DNA of 32,000 nucleotides from Burkholderiaceae bacterium (lineage in GTDB: Bacteria; Pseudomonadota; Gammaproteobacteria; Burkholderiales; Burkholderiaceae_E). Made by a program: the position numbers and the translations under genes. The notes under the pieces were generated by a model that was not told the DNA's origin, ran no database searches, and saw nothing but the letters and a program-made list of their open reading frames with translations. Location: the NCBI GenBank assembly GCA_016710525.1, contig JADJVQ010000038.1, forward strand, positions 13,986-45,985, read 5' to 3'. This document shows positions 19,596-28,724 of this stretch, one piece after another (position 1 is the first letter of the stretch; each line of letters begins with the position of its first letter).

Positions 19596-20755
19596 TCAGG
19601 ATGCGCGTTCGACCACCACGCCGCGCTCGATCAGTGCCGTCAGATCGGACTGCGCCAGGCCCCAGTCCACGGCGGCAGCGACCCCGCTGGGACCGGGCGC
19701 AACCGGCGCGGCCGGCGTGCCCGCCGGCGTGCGGCTGAAGCGCGGCGCCGGGGCGGGCTGGAGCACTCCGTCGACTTCGATGAACGTGCCGCGAGCCTTG
19801 TTGTGGGGATGGGCCTGCGCCGCACCGGGGGCCAGCACCGGCGCGAAGCAGGCATCGGTCCCTTCGAGCAGCGCGCACCAGTGCGCCGACGGCTTGGACT
19901 TGAAGATCTCGGCAAATCGCCGCTTGTAGGCCGGCCAATGGCGCCGGTCATCGAGCTCGGCAACCCGCTCGACCGGCAGCCCGAGGCGCTCGAACAGCAC
20001 CTCGCGAAACTTCATTTCGATCGGCGCGATGGTGACGAACTCGCCGTCGGCGCACTCGTACACCTCGTAGTGCGGCGCGCCGCTGTCCAGCAGGTTGTCG
20101 CCGCGCACGCCATTGTGCTGGCCGGCGCCCAGGCTGCCGAAGAACGAGGCCATCAGCGTCGCGGCGCCATCGACCATCGCGGTATCGACCACCTGCCCCT
20201 TGCCCGAGCGGGAGGCCTCGAGCAGTGCGCTGACGATGCCGAAAGCGAGCATCAGGCCGCCGCCGCCAAAATCGCCGACCAGGTTCAGGGGCGGTGTGGG
20301 CGCCGCGCCGGCACGGCCGATCGCATGCAGCGCGCCCGACATCGCGATGTAGTTCAGGTCGTGACCGGCCGCCAGGCTGAGCGGCCCTTCCTGGCCGAAA
20401 CCGGTCACCCGGCCATAGACCAGCCGGGATTGATGGCCAGGCAGTCCTGCGGCCCCAGGCCCAGGCGCTCCATCGCGCCGGGACGCAGGCCCTCGATCGT
20501 GGCATCGGCCTTGGCCACCAGACGACGCGCCAGCGCGATGCCCTCGGGATGCTTCAAGTCGACCGCCAGCACCCGCTTGCCGCGGTTGAGCAGGTCGAAG
20601 CGGGTTGGCTTTTGCACGCCCAGGCCGGTGGGCACGGCCCGATCCAGGCGCAGCACATCGGCGCCCAGATCGGCCAGCAGCATGCCGCACATCGGGCCGG
20701 GGCCGATGCCCGCGAACTCGAGGATCTTGAATCCGGCCAACGGGCCTTGTTTCAT
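19596..20755 (-). pseudogene. CaiB/BaiF family CoA-transferase, alpha-methylacyl-CoA racemase-like, with one frameshift near 20426
   Basis: N-part MKQGPLAGFKILEFAGIGPGPMCGMLLADLGADVLRLDR...QDCLAINP; C-part RLVYGRVTGFGQEGPLSLAAGHDLNYIAMSGALHAIGR...KGQVVDTAMVDGAATLM in the next frame. Confidence 0.9.
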
Positions 20756-20810
20756 GGTCTGTCCTTCCACGCGAAGCGTTGATTCGATGTGCCGGGTCAA
20801 TGCGGCCAGG

Positions 20811-21977
20811 TCAATACGATTTCGGCAGGCCGAGCACGCGCTCGGCGATGTAGCAGAGGATCAGATGCGGGGTGATCGGGGCAAGGCGGGGCACCATCAC
20901 TTCGCGCAGGTAGCGCTCGACGTGGAACTCCTTGGCGTAGCCATAGCCGCCGTGCGTCATCACCGCCTGCTGGCAGGCGTTGAAACCGGCCTCGCCGGCC
21001 AGGTACTTGGCGGCATTGGCGGCCGCGCCGCAGGGCAGGTTGTTGTCGTACTGCCAGGCCGCCGACATCGTCATCAGCCAGGCCGCTTCGAGTTCCATCC
21101 AGTTCTGCGCCAGCGGATGCTGGATCGCCTGGTTCTGGCCGATCGGGCGATTGAAGACGATGCGCTCCTTGGCATAGGCAGTGGCCCGGCGCAGGGCGGC
21201 ATGACCGAGGCCGACGGCTTCGGCGGCGATCATCACCCGCTCGGGGTTCATGCCGTGCAGGATGTACTCGAAGCCCTTGCCCTCTTCGCCGATACGGTCT
21301 TCGACCGGGATCTGGAAGTTCTCGATGAACAGCTCGTTGGAGTCGATCGCCTTGCGGCCCATCTTGTCGATCTCGCGCGCGGTGATGCGGCTGCGGTCGA
21401 AGTCGGTGTAAAAAAGGCTCAGGCCCTCGGTGGGCCGCTTGACCTCTTCGAGCGGCGTGGTGCGCGCCAGCAGCAGGATCTTGTCGGCCACCTGCGCCGT
21501 CGAGATCCAGACCTTGTGGCCGTCGACCACATACACGTCGCCCTTGCGCACGGCGCGGGTTTTCAGCTGCGTGGTGTTCAGGCCGGTATTGGGTTCGGTC
21601 ACCGCGAAGCAGGCCTTCTGTTTGCCCTGCACCATCGGCGGCAGCATGCGCAGCTTCTGCTCGTGCGTGCCGAACACCACCACCGGGTTCAGGCCGAAGA
21701 TGTTGATGTGCACCGCGGACGCGCCCGACATGCCGGCACCGGACTCGCTGATGGCGCGCGCGACGATGGTCGCTTCCATCACGCCCAGGCCCGAGCCGCC
21801 GTACGCCTCGGGCGTGCACACGCCCAGCCAGCCGTCGGCCGCCAGGGCGTCGTACAGTTCGTACGGAAAGCCGCCTTCCTTGTCCTTGACCATCCAGTAG
21901 TGGTCGTCGAAGTTGCGGCAGATGCGGGCAACCGATTCGCGAATCGATTCCTGCTCGGGGGTCAGTGCGAAGTCCAT
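20811..21977 (-). CDS. Acyl-CoA dehydrogenase
   Basis: MDFALTPEQESIRESVARICRNFDDHYW; CFAVTEPNTGLNTTQLKTRAV; QAVMTHGGYGYAKEFHVERYLREVMVPRLAPITPHLI. Confidence 0.95.
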   Translation of the reverse strand: MDFALTPEQESIRESVARICRNFDDHYWMVKDKEGGFPYELYDALAADGWLGVCTPEAYGGSGLGVMEATIVARAISESGAGMSGASAVHINIFGLNPVVVFGTHEQKLRMLPPMVQGKQKACFAVTEPNTGLNTTQLKTRAVRKGDVYVVDGHKVWISTAQVADKILLLARTTPLEEVKRPTEGLSLFYTDFDRSRITAREIDKMGRKAIDSNELFIENFQIPVEDRIGEEGKGFEYILHGMNPERVMIAAEAVGLGHAALRRATAYAKERIVFNRPIGQNQAIQHPLAQNWMELEAAWLMTMSAAWQYDNNLPCGAAANAAKYLAGEAGFNACQQAVMTHGGYGYAKEFHVERYLREVMVPRLAPITPHLILCYIAERVLGLPKSY

Positions 21978-22122
21978 GGTGGTGGCCGGCCTATTGAAAC
22001 GGGATCCCGGCACACGCCGGGCAGCAATTGTCGACCGCATCGCCCGTTCCGGCCAAATGAGCGCGAGAGTTTCGAGACGAAGGCGTTCCGCGACTGGCGT
22101 GCGGAACGCCCCAGGGTGCGCT

Positions 22123-23559
22123 TCAGGCAGCCCACCGAGTCCGGTAGACACTCGTGATGATCATCACGCCATAGATGAAGATGCCCGAGGCCGCCAGCGC
22201 GCAGATCGCCCACAGCGGCGCTCCCAGCAGGGTCAGCAGCGAACCGCCCACGAGAATGACCAGCAGCCGCGCACTGGCCGACAGCACCGGCCAGAGCACG
22301 CGACCGGCCCCCTGCGAGGCGAAATACAGTGCCGCCCCCATCGCCAGCAGGACATACATCGGCCCCACCCAGTGCAGGTACAGCCCTCCGGTGGCCAGCA
22401 CCGCGGCATCGGTGCTGAACATGGTTGTCCACCAGGCCGGATACACACTGGCTGTCAGACCCAGCAGGCCGCAGGGCAGCGCACCCATCGCCGCGCCGGT
22501 GAAGGCAGCCCGCTTGGCGCGCCGCTCGTTGCCCGCGCCCACCGCGATGCCCACCATCGGCACCAGCGCCTGCCCGAACGCGAAGACCACCGACATCATC
22601 AGCAGTTCCAGCCGGACGCTCACTCCGTAGCCGGCCAGCGCGGCCGTGCCGTAGCGGCCGATGATTCCGGTGAGCAGCAGAGCGCCCAGCACCTGCTGCA
22701 GTGCCGACAAGGCCGACAGCCCGCCGACCCGCAGGATCCGCACGAATCCTTCGCGGTGCAGCCGCAGGTCGCTGCGCCGCGGCCGCAGGCGGCTGCCCGG
22801 GCGAAAGACCGCGATCGCACCCAGCAGAGTGGAGGTGCCCGCGGCGCAAAGGTAGGCGATCGCCGCGCCGCGAATGCCCATCGCCGGAAAACCCGCCCAG
22901 CCCAGCACGAGCGCCCCCGAGATCGGGATGTGGACGAAATAGGCGACCACCTGCACCAGCGCCGGCAGCACGGTGTTGCCGGTGCCGCGCAGCAGGCTGG
23001 AGAAGGTGTTGGTCAGCCAGACGAACAAGGCGCCCGCGAACAGCAGGTTGGAGTAAGCCAGCGCCAGCGACAACGGCCGCCCGGTTCCGCCCAGCAGGCG
23101 AAAGATCGCCTGTCCCAGGCCCAGCATCAGCGCCGTGTAGGCCAGCCCGGCGACGATGGCGATCAGGCAGGCATGGATGACCACGGAACGCGCCCCCGCT
23201 TCATCGCCCGCGCCGAGGGATCGGGCCACCGCCGAGGACACGCCACCGCCCATCGCGCCGCCCGACAGCATCTGCAGCAGTTGCACCATCGGGAACACCA
23301 GCGAAAACCCGGCCAGCGACTCGGTGCCCAGCCTGCCGATGTAGTAGGTGTCGGCCACCGACACCGAGACCTGGAACAGCACCAGCACCAGGGCCGGGCC
23401 GGCGAGTTTCAGGATCGTGGGGACGATGGGGGCGTCGAGCAGCGGATGGGCGCGACGGCCGGCACTGGTGTGCGCCGCGGCGACAGGTGAAGGGGCCGCC
23501 GCCGCATGGGCTGGGGCGGCCCCACCCGGCGTGGCGGGCGGTTCAGTGGTACGACTCAT
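22123..23559 (-). CDS. MATE family efflux transporter
   Basis: PTILKLAGPALVLVLFQVSVSVADTYYIGRLGTESLAGFSLVFP; VGIAVGAGNERRAKRAAFTGA; 12-TM MATE pattern. Confidence 0.93.
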   Translation of the reverse strand: MSRTTEPPATPGGAAPAHAAAAPSPVAAAHTSAGRRAHPLLDAPIVPTILKLAGPALVLVLFQVSVSVADTYYIGRLGTESLAGFSLVFPMVQLLQMLSGGAMGGGVSSAVARSLGAGDEAGARSVVIHACLIAIVAGLAYTALMLGLGQAIFRLLGGTGRPLSLALAYSNLLFAGALFVWLTNTFSSLLRGTGNTVLPALVQVVAYFVHIPISGALVLGWAGFPAMGIRGAAIAYLCAAGTSTLLGAIAVFRPGSRLRPRRSDLRLHREGFVRILRVGGLSALSALQQVLGALLLTGIIGRYGTAALAGYGVSVRLELLMMSVVFAFGQALVPMVGIAVGAGNERRAKRAAFTGAAMGALPCGLLGLTASVYPAWWTTMFSTDAAVLATGGLYLHWVGPMYVLLAMGAALYFASQGAGRVLWPVLSASARLLVILVGGSLLTLLGAPLWAICALAASGIFIYGVMIITSVYRTRWAA

Positions 23560-23670
23560 CGGCGCAGTGTAGTGGCGCCCCGCCCCCCTTGCTTATACTC
23601 GGCCCACGGCTGATTCCGATTCACCCCAGTCAGCCGATTCCATCCCCGGACCTGCATTCGGAAAGCCATC

Positions 23671-24693
23671 ATGTTCGAACCCACACTGGCCGGCAGCCTG
23701 CCCAAACCGGCCTGGCTGGCCGAGACCCACAAGCTCTGGCCGCAATGGAAGAGCGCGGGCGACGAGCTGCGCGATGCCAAGGCCGACGCCACGCTGCTGT
23801 GGCTCAAGCTCCAGGAGGACGCCGGCCTTGCGATCGTCAGCGATGGCGAACAGTCGCGACAGCACTTCGTGCACGGGTTTCTCGAAGCGGTCGAAGGAAT
23901 CGACTTCGAGCACAAGGTCAAGATGGGCATCCGCAACAACCGCTACGACGCCATGGTGCCGCAGGTGGTGGGCGAGCTGCGGCTCAAGGGCCGGGTGCAT
24001 CAGGCCGAAGCGCGCCTGGCCCGCGCCCACACCGAGCGCAAGCTGAAGATCACGCTGCCCGGCCCGATGACCATCGTCGACACCGTGGCCGACCGCTTCT
24101 ACGGCGACAAGGCCAAAATGGCGATGGCGTTCGCGGGCTTGCTGAACCAGGAGGCCCATGCCCTGCAGGCCGATGGCGTGGACGTCATTCAGTTCGACGA
24201 GCCGGCCTTCAACGTGTTCATGGACGAGGTCACGGTCTGGGGCATCGACGCCCTGCACCGGGCCATCGACGGCCTCACCTGCACCACCGCGGTCCACATC
24301 TGCTACGGCTACGGCATCGCCGCCAATGTCGACTGGAAGAAAACGCTCGGGCAGGAGTGGCGCCAGTACGAAAAGATCTTCCCGGCGCTGGCCGCCAGCC
24401 GCATCGATCAGGTTTCGCTGGAATGCGCCGGCTCGCAGGTGCCGGCCGAACTGATGGCCCTGCTGGCCGGCAAGGATGTGCTGGTCGGTGTGATCGACGT
24501 CGCCTCGGATCGCGTCGAGACACCTGAAGAGGTCGCCGACACGATCGGACGGGCCTTGCAGTTCGTTGCGCGCGAACGCCTGTTTCCGTGCACCAACTGC
24601 GGCATGGCCCCGATGGACCAGAGCATCGCGCGCCGCAAGCTCGAGGCCCTGGCCAAGGGCGCGCAGCTCGCCCGCCAGCGCTACGGCGGCTGA
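23671..24693 (+). CDS. Cobalamin-independent methionine synthase-like (MetE catalytic domain only, 'core-MetE')
   Basis: LAGSLPKPAWLAE; LPGPMTIVDTVADRFYGD; DVIQFDEPAFNVF; candidate Zn ligands in TTAVHICYGYG, VSLECAGS and LFPCTNCGMAPM. Confidence 0.88.
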   Translation: MFEPTLAGSLPKPAWLAETHKLWPQWKSAGDELRDAKADATLLWLKLQEDAGLAIVSDGEQSRQHFVHGFLEAVEGIDFEHKVKMGIRNNRYDAMVPQVVGELRLKGRVHQAEARLARAHTERKLKITLPGPMTIVDTVADRFYGDKAKMAMAFAGLLNQEAHALQADGVDVIQFDEPAFNVFMDEVTVWGIDALHRAIDGLTCTTAVHICYGYGIAANVDWKKTLGQEWRQYEKIFPALAASRIDQVSLECAGSQVPAELMALLAGKDVLVGVIDVASDRVETPEEVADTIGRALQFVARERLFPCTNCGMAPMDQSIARRKLEALAKGAQLARQRYGG

Positions 24694-24712
24694 GGCCGCG
24701 AGGGCTGGCGGG

Positions 24713-25834
24713 TCACGACCGCGCCAGCCAATCCCGAGGGCGCAGCAACGGATATCCGAGCGCACCCGCCACCACCGGGTGCACCACCTCGCCGCGCGCC
24801 ACATTCAGTCCGGCCAGCAGATGCGCGTCGTCGGCCATCGCCTGGCGCCAGCCTTTGTCGGCCAGCGCGAGCACGAAGGGCAGCGTGGCGTGATTGAGCG
24901 CGTGAGCCGAAGTGCGCGGCACTGCGCCCGGCATGTTGGCCACGCAATAGTGGATGACGCCGTCGACCTCGAAGGTGGGCTCGGCATGGGTCGTGACGCG
25001 CGAGGTCTCGAAGCACCCGCCCTGGTCGATGGCGACGTCGACCAGCACCGCCCCTTTGCGCATCCGGGCGACATGCTCGCGCGTGACCAGCCGCGGCGCC
25101 ACACCGCCGGGCACCAGCACCGCGCCGATCACCAGATCAGCCTGGCGCAGCTGGGAGGCGAGCGTTTCGCGATCTGAGTACGCGGTGATCACGCGCGCGC
25201 CGAAGCGGGCCTCGATCCGGCGCAGGGCGTCCAGCGAACGGTCCAGCACCGTCACGATCGCGCCCGACCCGACCGCCATGATGGCGGCATTGGTGCCGAC
25301 CATGCCGGCGCCCAGCACCAGCACCCGCGCGGGCTCGACTCCCGGCACGCCGCCCAGCAGGATGCCCATGCCCCCGCGGCTGCGCTCCAGGCTGGCGGCA
25401 CCGACCTGGATCGACAGCCGCCCGGCCACTTCGGACATCGGCGCGAGCAGCGGCAGGCCGCCGCCGCTGGCGGTGACGGTCTCGTAGGCGACGCACACCG
25501 CGCCGCTGGCCAGCAGATCGCGGCACTGCCCGGGGTCGGGCGCAAGATGCAGGTAGGTGAACAGCACCTGTCCGGCCCGCAGCCGCGCCCGCTCGGCCGC
25601 CTGCGGCTCCTTGACCTTGACGATGAGGTCGCTGAGGGCGAACACCTCCGCCCCCGACGCAACCAGGCTGGCGCCGGCCTCGCGGTAGTCGGCATCGCCG
25701 GCGCCGATGCCGGCCCCGGCGCCGGTCTCGACCACGACGCGGTGGCCGTGCGCGACGACTTCACGGACCGAAGCGGGCGTCAGGCCCACCCGATACTCGT
25801 GGACCTTGATCTCCCTTGGCACGCCGACGAGCAT
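24713..25834 (-). CDS. ald: Alanine dehydrogenase
   Basis: AGGAGG then [44 protein letters not shown]; [10 protein letters not shown]; GNANNIGG-region equivalent [22 protein letters not shown]; [24 protein letters not shown]. Confidence 0.95.
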   Translation of the reverse strand: MLVGVPREIKVHEYRVGLTPASVREVVAHGHRVVVETGAGAGIGAGDADYREAGASLVASGAEVFALSDLIVKVKEPQAAERARLRAGQVLFTYLHLAPDPGQCRDLLASGAVCVAYETVTASGGGLPLLAPMSEVAGRLSIQVGAASLERSRGGMGILLGGVPGVEPARVLVLGAGMVGTNAAIMAVGSGAIVTVLDRSLDALRRIEARFGARVITAYSDRETLASQLRQADLVIGAVLVPGGVAPRLVTREHVARMRKGAVLVDVAIDQGGCFETSRVTTHAEPTFEVDGVIHYCVANMPGAVPRTSAHALNHATLPFVLALADKGWRQAMADDAHLLAGLNVARGEVVHPVVAGALGYPLLRPRDWLARS

Positions 25835-27305
25835 CGATCGTCCTCCTGGTGCTGCGCGCCCCCAGGCAGGCGTGGTGATACGCCCTGCGGCGCGGGGCCC
25901 GCGGGCCGAGCACCTCACGCAGCTTGCCGCTGACCGGATCGGACTGCGGGGCGCGCGCATCACGCCGGATCGTGACATGGCCCAGTCCGTGCCGCGACAG
26001 GTAAGCGCGCAAACAGGCCACCAGCCGCTGCCAGACCACCTCGGGCTGTTCGCCCGACGGCGGGTCGAAGCGGATCCGCAGCGCCCGCCGCCCGGTCTGG
26101 ATCACCTGGAACCGGTGCACACCCGAGCCCTCCTCGATGACGGTCGCCAGCGCCAGGGGCACCAGTCTGACCGATTGTCCGTTCAGCGTCTGGAGCACGA
26201 CGATGTCGTCCCGGCGTCCGTCGACATCGATCATCGGAAACGGCGAACCGCATGCGCAGACGCCCGGGCGCAGCGTGATGCTGTCGCCCAGGTCGTAGCG
26301 CACCAGCGGCTGCACATGGTTCGCGAGATTGGTCAGCAGCACGCTGGCCGACGCCTGACCGGGTTCGGTCGGCCGGCCCTCGGAGTCGATCGGCTCCAGG
26401 ATCACCCAGTCGCTGTTCAGATGGAGCGCGCCATGCCCGCAGTCGAACGCCATCTGCATGCACTCCGAGGCGCCGTACCCGTTGACCACCTGGCAGCCGA
26501 GCGCCCGTTCGATTTCGGTGCGCTCGGCGTCGGCCAGGGTCTCGCCGCCGCTCCAGGCGACCCGCGGTGCGATGCGCAGGCGCCCGGCCTCGCGTTCGGC
26601 CGCGAGCAGCAGCAGGGTGGTGGGATAACTGGCGATCACCTGCGGATCCCAGGCGTTGAGGGCGTCGACCAGCGAGTCGATCGGCTCCAGCACCGAGAAC
26701 GAACGGGTCAGCGACCGAACCCATGGATTGGCGGATCGCAACCGCTCCCAGGACACGACACCGGCAAAGTGCCCGCCCAGCGCCACGATCATCGCGAACC
26801 GGTGACCCGCGGCCAGGCTGCGCAGCGGCGAAGCCGCCATCGCCCGTGCGGGACAGCGCAGTGTCGACAAGGCATCGTAGATCGACAACGCGCGCGCATC
26901 CTGCACGAAGACGCCGGGGCTGCCGGTGCTGCCGGAACTCGTCCAGACGGTGTATCGGCCCAGGTACTGCTCGCCGATCCGTTGCGGATCGGCGATGAAC
27001 GGCAGGACCTCGTCGAGGCGGATCTCGGGATCGGTGACCCACTCGTCGAAATGCCCCATCAGTTCGACCTTGCCGATCGGGGCGAGGCGCGCAAAGCCGG
27101 CCACTCCGGCCGGTGCGTCGGCAAAACGGGTGCGATAGACGGGTGACCGGGCCGCCGCAGCCTCGAGCAGGGCCTGCAGCCGCGCCTCGCGCTGACGGGC
27201 GATGGCGCGGGCATCGCCCATGGCGCTCATCCACACTTCCTGGGTCGCCGCGCCCCAGCGCAACCAGTCCGAGAGCGCGCCAACCGGGTCGAACGGCCAC
27301 GTCAT
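25761..27305 (-). CDS. AMP-binding phenylacetate-CoA ligase-like (PaaK/CapK family) protein
   Basis: YTVWTSSGSTGSPGVFVQD; IASYPTTLLLLAAERE; VNGYGASECMQMAFDCGHGALHLNSDWVILEPID; LVRYDLGDS; SGKLREVLG near the C-terminus. Confidence 0.85.
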   Translation of the reverse strand: MTWPFDPVGALSDWLRWGAATQEVWMSAMGDARAIARQREARLQALLEAAAARSPVYRTRFADAPAGVAGFARLAPIGKVELMGHFDEWVTDPEIRLDEVLPFIADPQRIGEQYLGRYTVWTSSGSTGSPGVFVQDARALSIYDALSTLRCPARAMAASPLRSLAAGHRFAMIVALGGHFAGVVSWERLRSANPWVRSLTRSFSVLEPIDSLVDALNAWDPQVIASYPTTLLLLAAEREAGRLRIAPRVAWSGGETLADAERTEIERALGCQVVNGYGASECMQMAFDCGHGALHLNSDWVILEPIDSEGRPTEPGQASASVLLTNLANHVQPLVRYDLGDSITLRPGVCACGSPFPMIDVDGRRDDIVVLQTLNGQSVRLVPLALATVIEEGSGVHRFQVIQTGRRALRIRFDPPSGEQPEVVWQRLVACLRAYLSRHGLGHVTIRRDARAPQSDPVSGKLREVLGPRAPRRRAYHHACLGARSTRRTIDARRRAKGDQGPRVSGGPDARFGP

Positions 27306-27360
27306 CTCGCTCTCCAAAGCCGGACTGCCAGGGATCGGCCCGGCGCCGTCGGCAACGGCC

Positions 27361-27567
27361 TCAGGCCCGCAGCCGTCCGCCCTGGCCTGGATCCAGCGCG
27401 GCGCAGGGCCCGGGGCCGCGCACGGCCGCATCGGCCATGCCCCGGTCCGCGGCTTGCGACTGCGCCATTTGCCCGGCAGGCGCCGCCTCCGGCATCAGAA
27501 GCAACGCACCGAGAGCGAACATCAGCGCCAATGCCGTCTTCAGCCAATCCGATCCTGCCATCATCAC
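27361..27567 (-). CDS. Small putative exported protein
   Basis: CAGGAGATCGTG before ATG; MMMAGSDWLKTALALMFALGALLLMPEAAPAGQMAQSQ has signal-peptide character; 68 aa. Confidence 0.45.
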   Translation of the reverse strand: MMMAGSDWLKTALALMFALGALLLMPEAAPAGQMAQSQAADRGMADAAVRGPGPCAALDPGQGGRLRA

Positions 27568-27806
27568 GATCTCCTGCTTGGGCAGATGCCCGGTTGCGCG
27601 AGCGGTCGCGTCACGCGAGGGCTGTGTCGACCACCACGTGGTCGCCCCTTTTCATGATCCGCCTGGCGCCGAGGCAGCTCATTGAGCATGCGCAATCAGT
27701 CGAAGCGCCGCAAGGACTCGAAGTTGTGCCGAGCAAGGTCCGAGCGTCAGGAAGACCTGCTCCGTCGCGACCCAGGAGCCGATATCAATGCGTCCCGGAG
27801 ACCGCC

Positions 27807-28673
27807 ATGCCCGCCAGCCGCCTGCTTCGCGACCGCACCGCCCGATGGATCGGGGTCGTGGCGGCCGCCCTCCTGACCGGCGGTGTCGCCGCGGCAAAAC
27901 CCTATGGCCCCGGCACCGGCAGCGCGGCTGCGCACATGGCCTCGAGTGCCGCCATGACCTGCGAAGCCCGAAGCCCCGAACACACCGTGGCCCTGCTGGA
28001 GCTGTTCACCTCGGAGGGCTGCAGCAGCTGCCCGCCCGCCGACCGCTGGCTGCAGGGCCTGAAGGGCCAGGGCTTGGGCCTGGACAAAGTGGTGCCCCTG
28101 TCGCTGCATGTCGGGTACTGGGACGCGATCGGCTGGAAGGATCCATATGCCCAGGCACGCTTCACCGATCGCCAGCGCGATTACGCCCGCCAGCAGCGCG
28201 CCGCTTCGGTCTACACGCCCCAGGTCGTTCTGGCGGGCCAGGATTTCCGCCGCTGGGGCGACGCCGAACTGCGCAGCGCGCTGGCCAAGCTTGCCGGCAA
28301 GCCGGCCGGTGCGCGGATCACGCTCGAGGGCTCGACGGTGGGACGTGCGGTGCGCATCCGGGCCGATGCGCAGCTGCAGGCCGCCGCATCCGCGTCGGGT
28401 GTCCCGGCCCCGTCATCGCAGCTGCACCTGGTGGTGTTCGAATCCGGACTGCAAAACCAGGTCACCCGAGGCGAAAACCGTGGCGCGACACTGACCCATG
28501 ACGCCGTGGTCCGCCACTGGCAGGGCCCGATCGCGCTCAGCCAGGGCAAGGCTGCAGCAAGCGAGATCGTCGGCCTGGCCGAACCGGGCGATCGGCGCAC
28601 GCTGGGGGTCGCGGCCTTCGTGCAGAACGACCGCGGCGAGGTGCTGCAGGCAACGGCCTGCGTGATGCAGTGA
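27807..28673 (+). CDS. DUF1223 family thioredoxin-like secreted protein
   Basis: Signal-like N-terminus; HTVALLELFTSEGCSSCPPADRWLQGL...LSLHVGYWDAIGWKDPYAQARFTDRQRDYA...VYTPQVVLAGQ. Confidence 0.92.
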   Translation: MPASRLLRDRTARWIGVVAAALLTGGVAAAKPYGPGTGSAAAHMASSAAMTCEARSPEHTVALLELFTSEGCSSCPPADRWLQGLKGQGLGLDKVVPLSLHVGYWDAIGWKDPYAQARFTDRQRDYARQQRAASVYTPQVVLAGQDFRRWGDAELRSALAKLAGKPAGARITLEGSTVGRAVRIRADAQLQAAASASGVPAPSSQLHLVVFESGLQNQVTRGENRGATLTHDAVVRHWQGPIALSQGKAAASEIVGLAEPGDRRTLGVAAFVQNDRGEVLQATACVMQ

Positions 28674-28724
28674 CGACCGGTCAGGCCGCGCCCGCCCGAT
28701 TGCGCCTGCGCGCCGGCAGCCCGC

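Noticed and set aside
16027-19938. 1303-aa minus-strand ORF
   Set aside because: Only its last ~295 residues (from 16914) resemble a real protein (VOC). The rest is the shadow frame of the epimerase, MFS and CoA-transferase genes, caused by high GC and few stops.
16027-21977. Minus-strand block considered as a single novel catabolic system
   Set aside because: Gene order (acyl-CoA dehydrogenase, CoA-transferase, Bug remnant, MFS, epimerase, VOC) looks like ordinary accessory catabolism; the substrate cannot be inferred and two genes are damaged.
19164-22157. 997-aa plus-strand ORF
   Set aside because: Antisense to the Bug remnant, CoA-transferase and acyl-CoA dehydrogenase, which all have clear homology; its composition (HRR-rich) is typical of a shadow ORF.
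23593-24804. 403-aa minus-strand ORF opposite the methionine synthase gene
   Set aside because: Antisense shadow ORF; the plus strand carries the conserved catalytic motifs.
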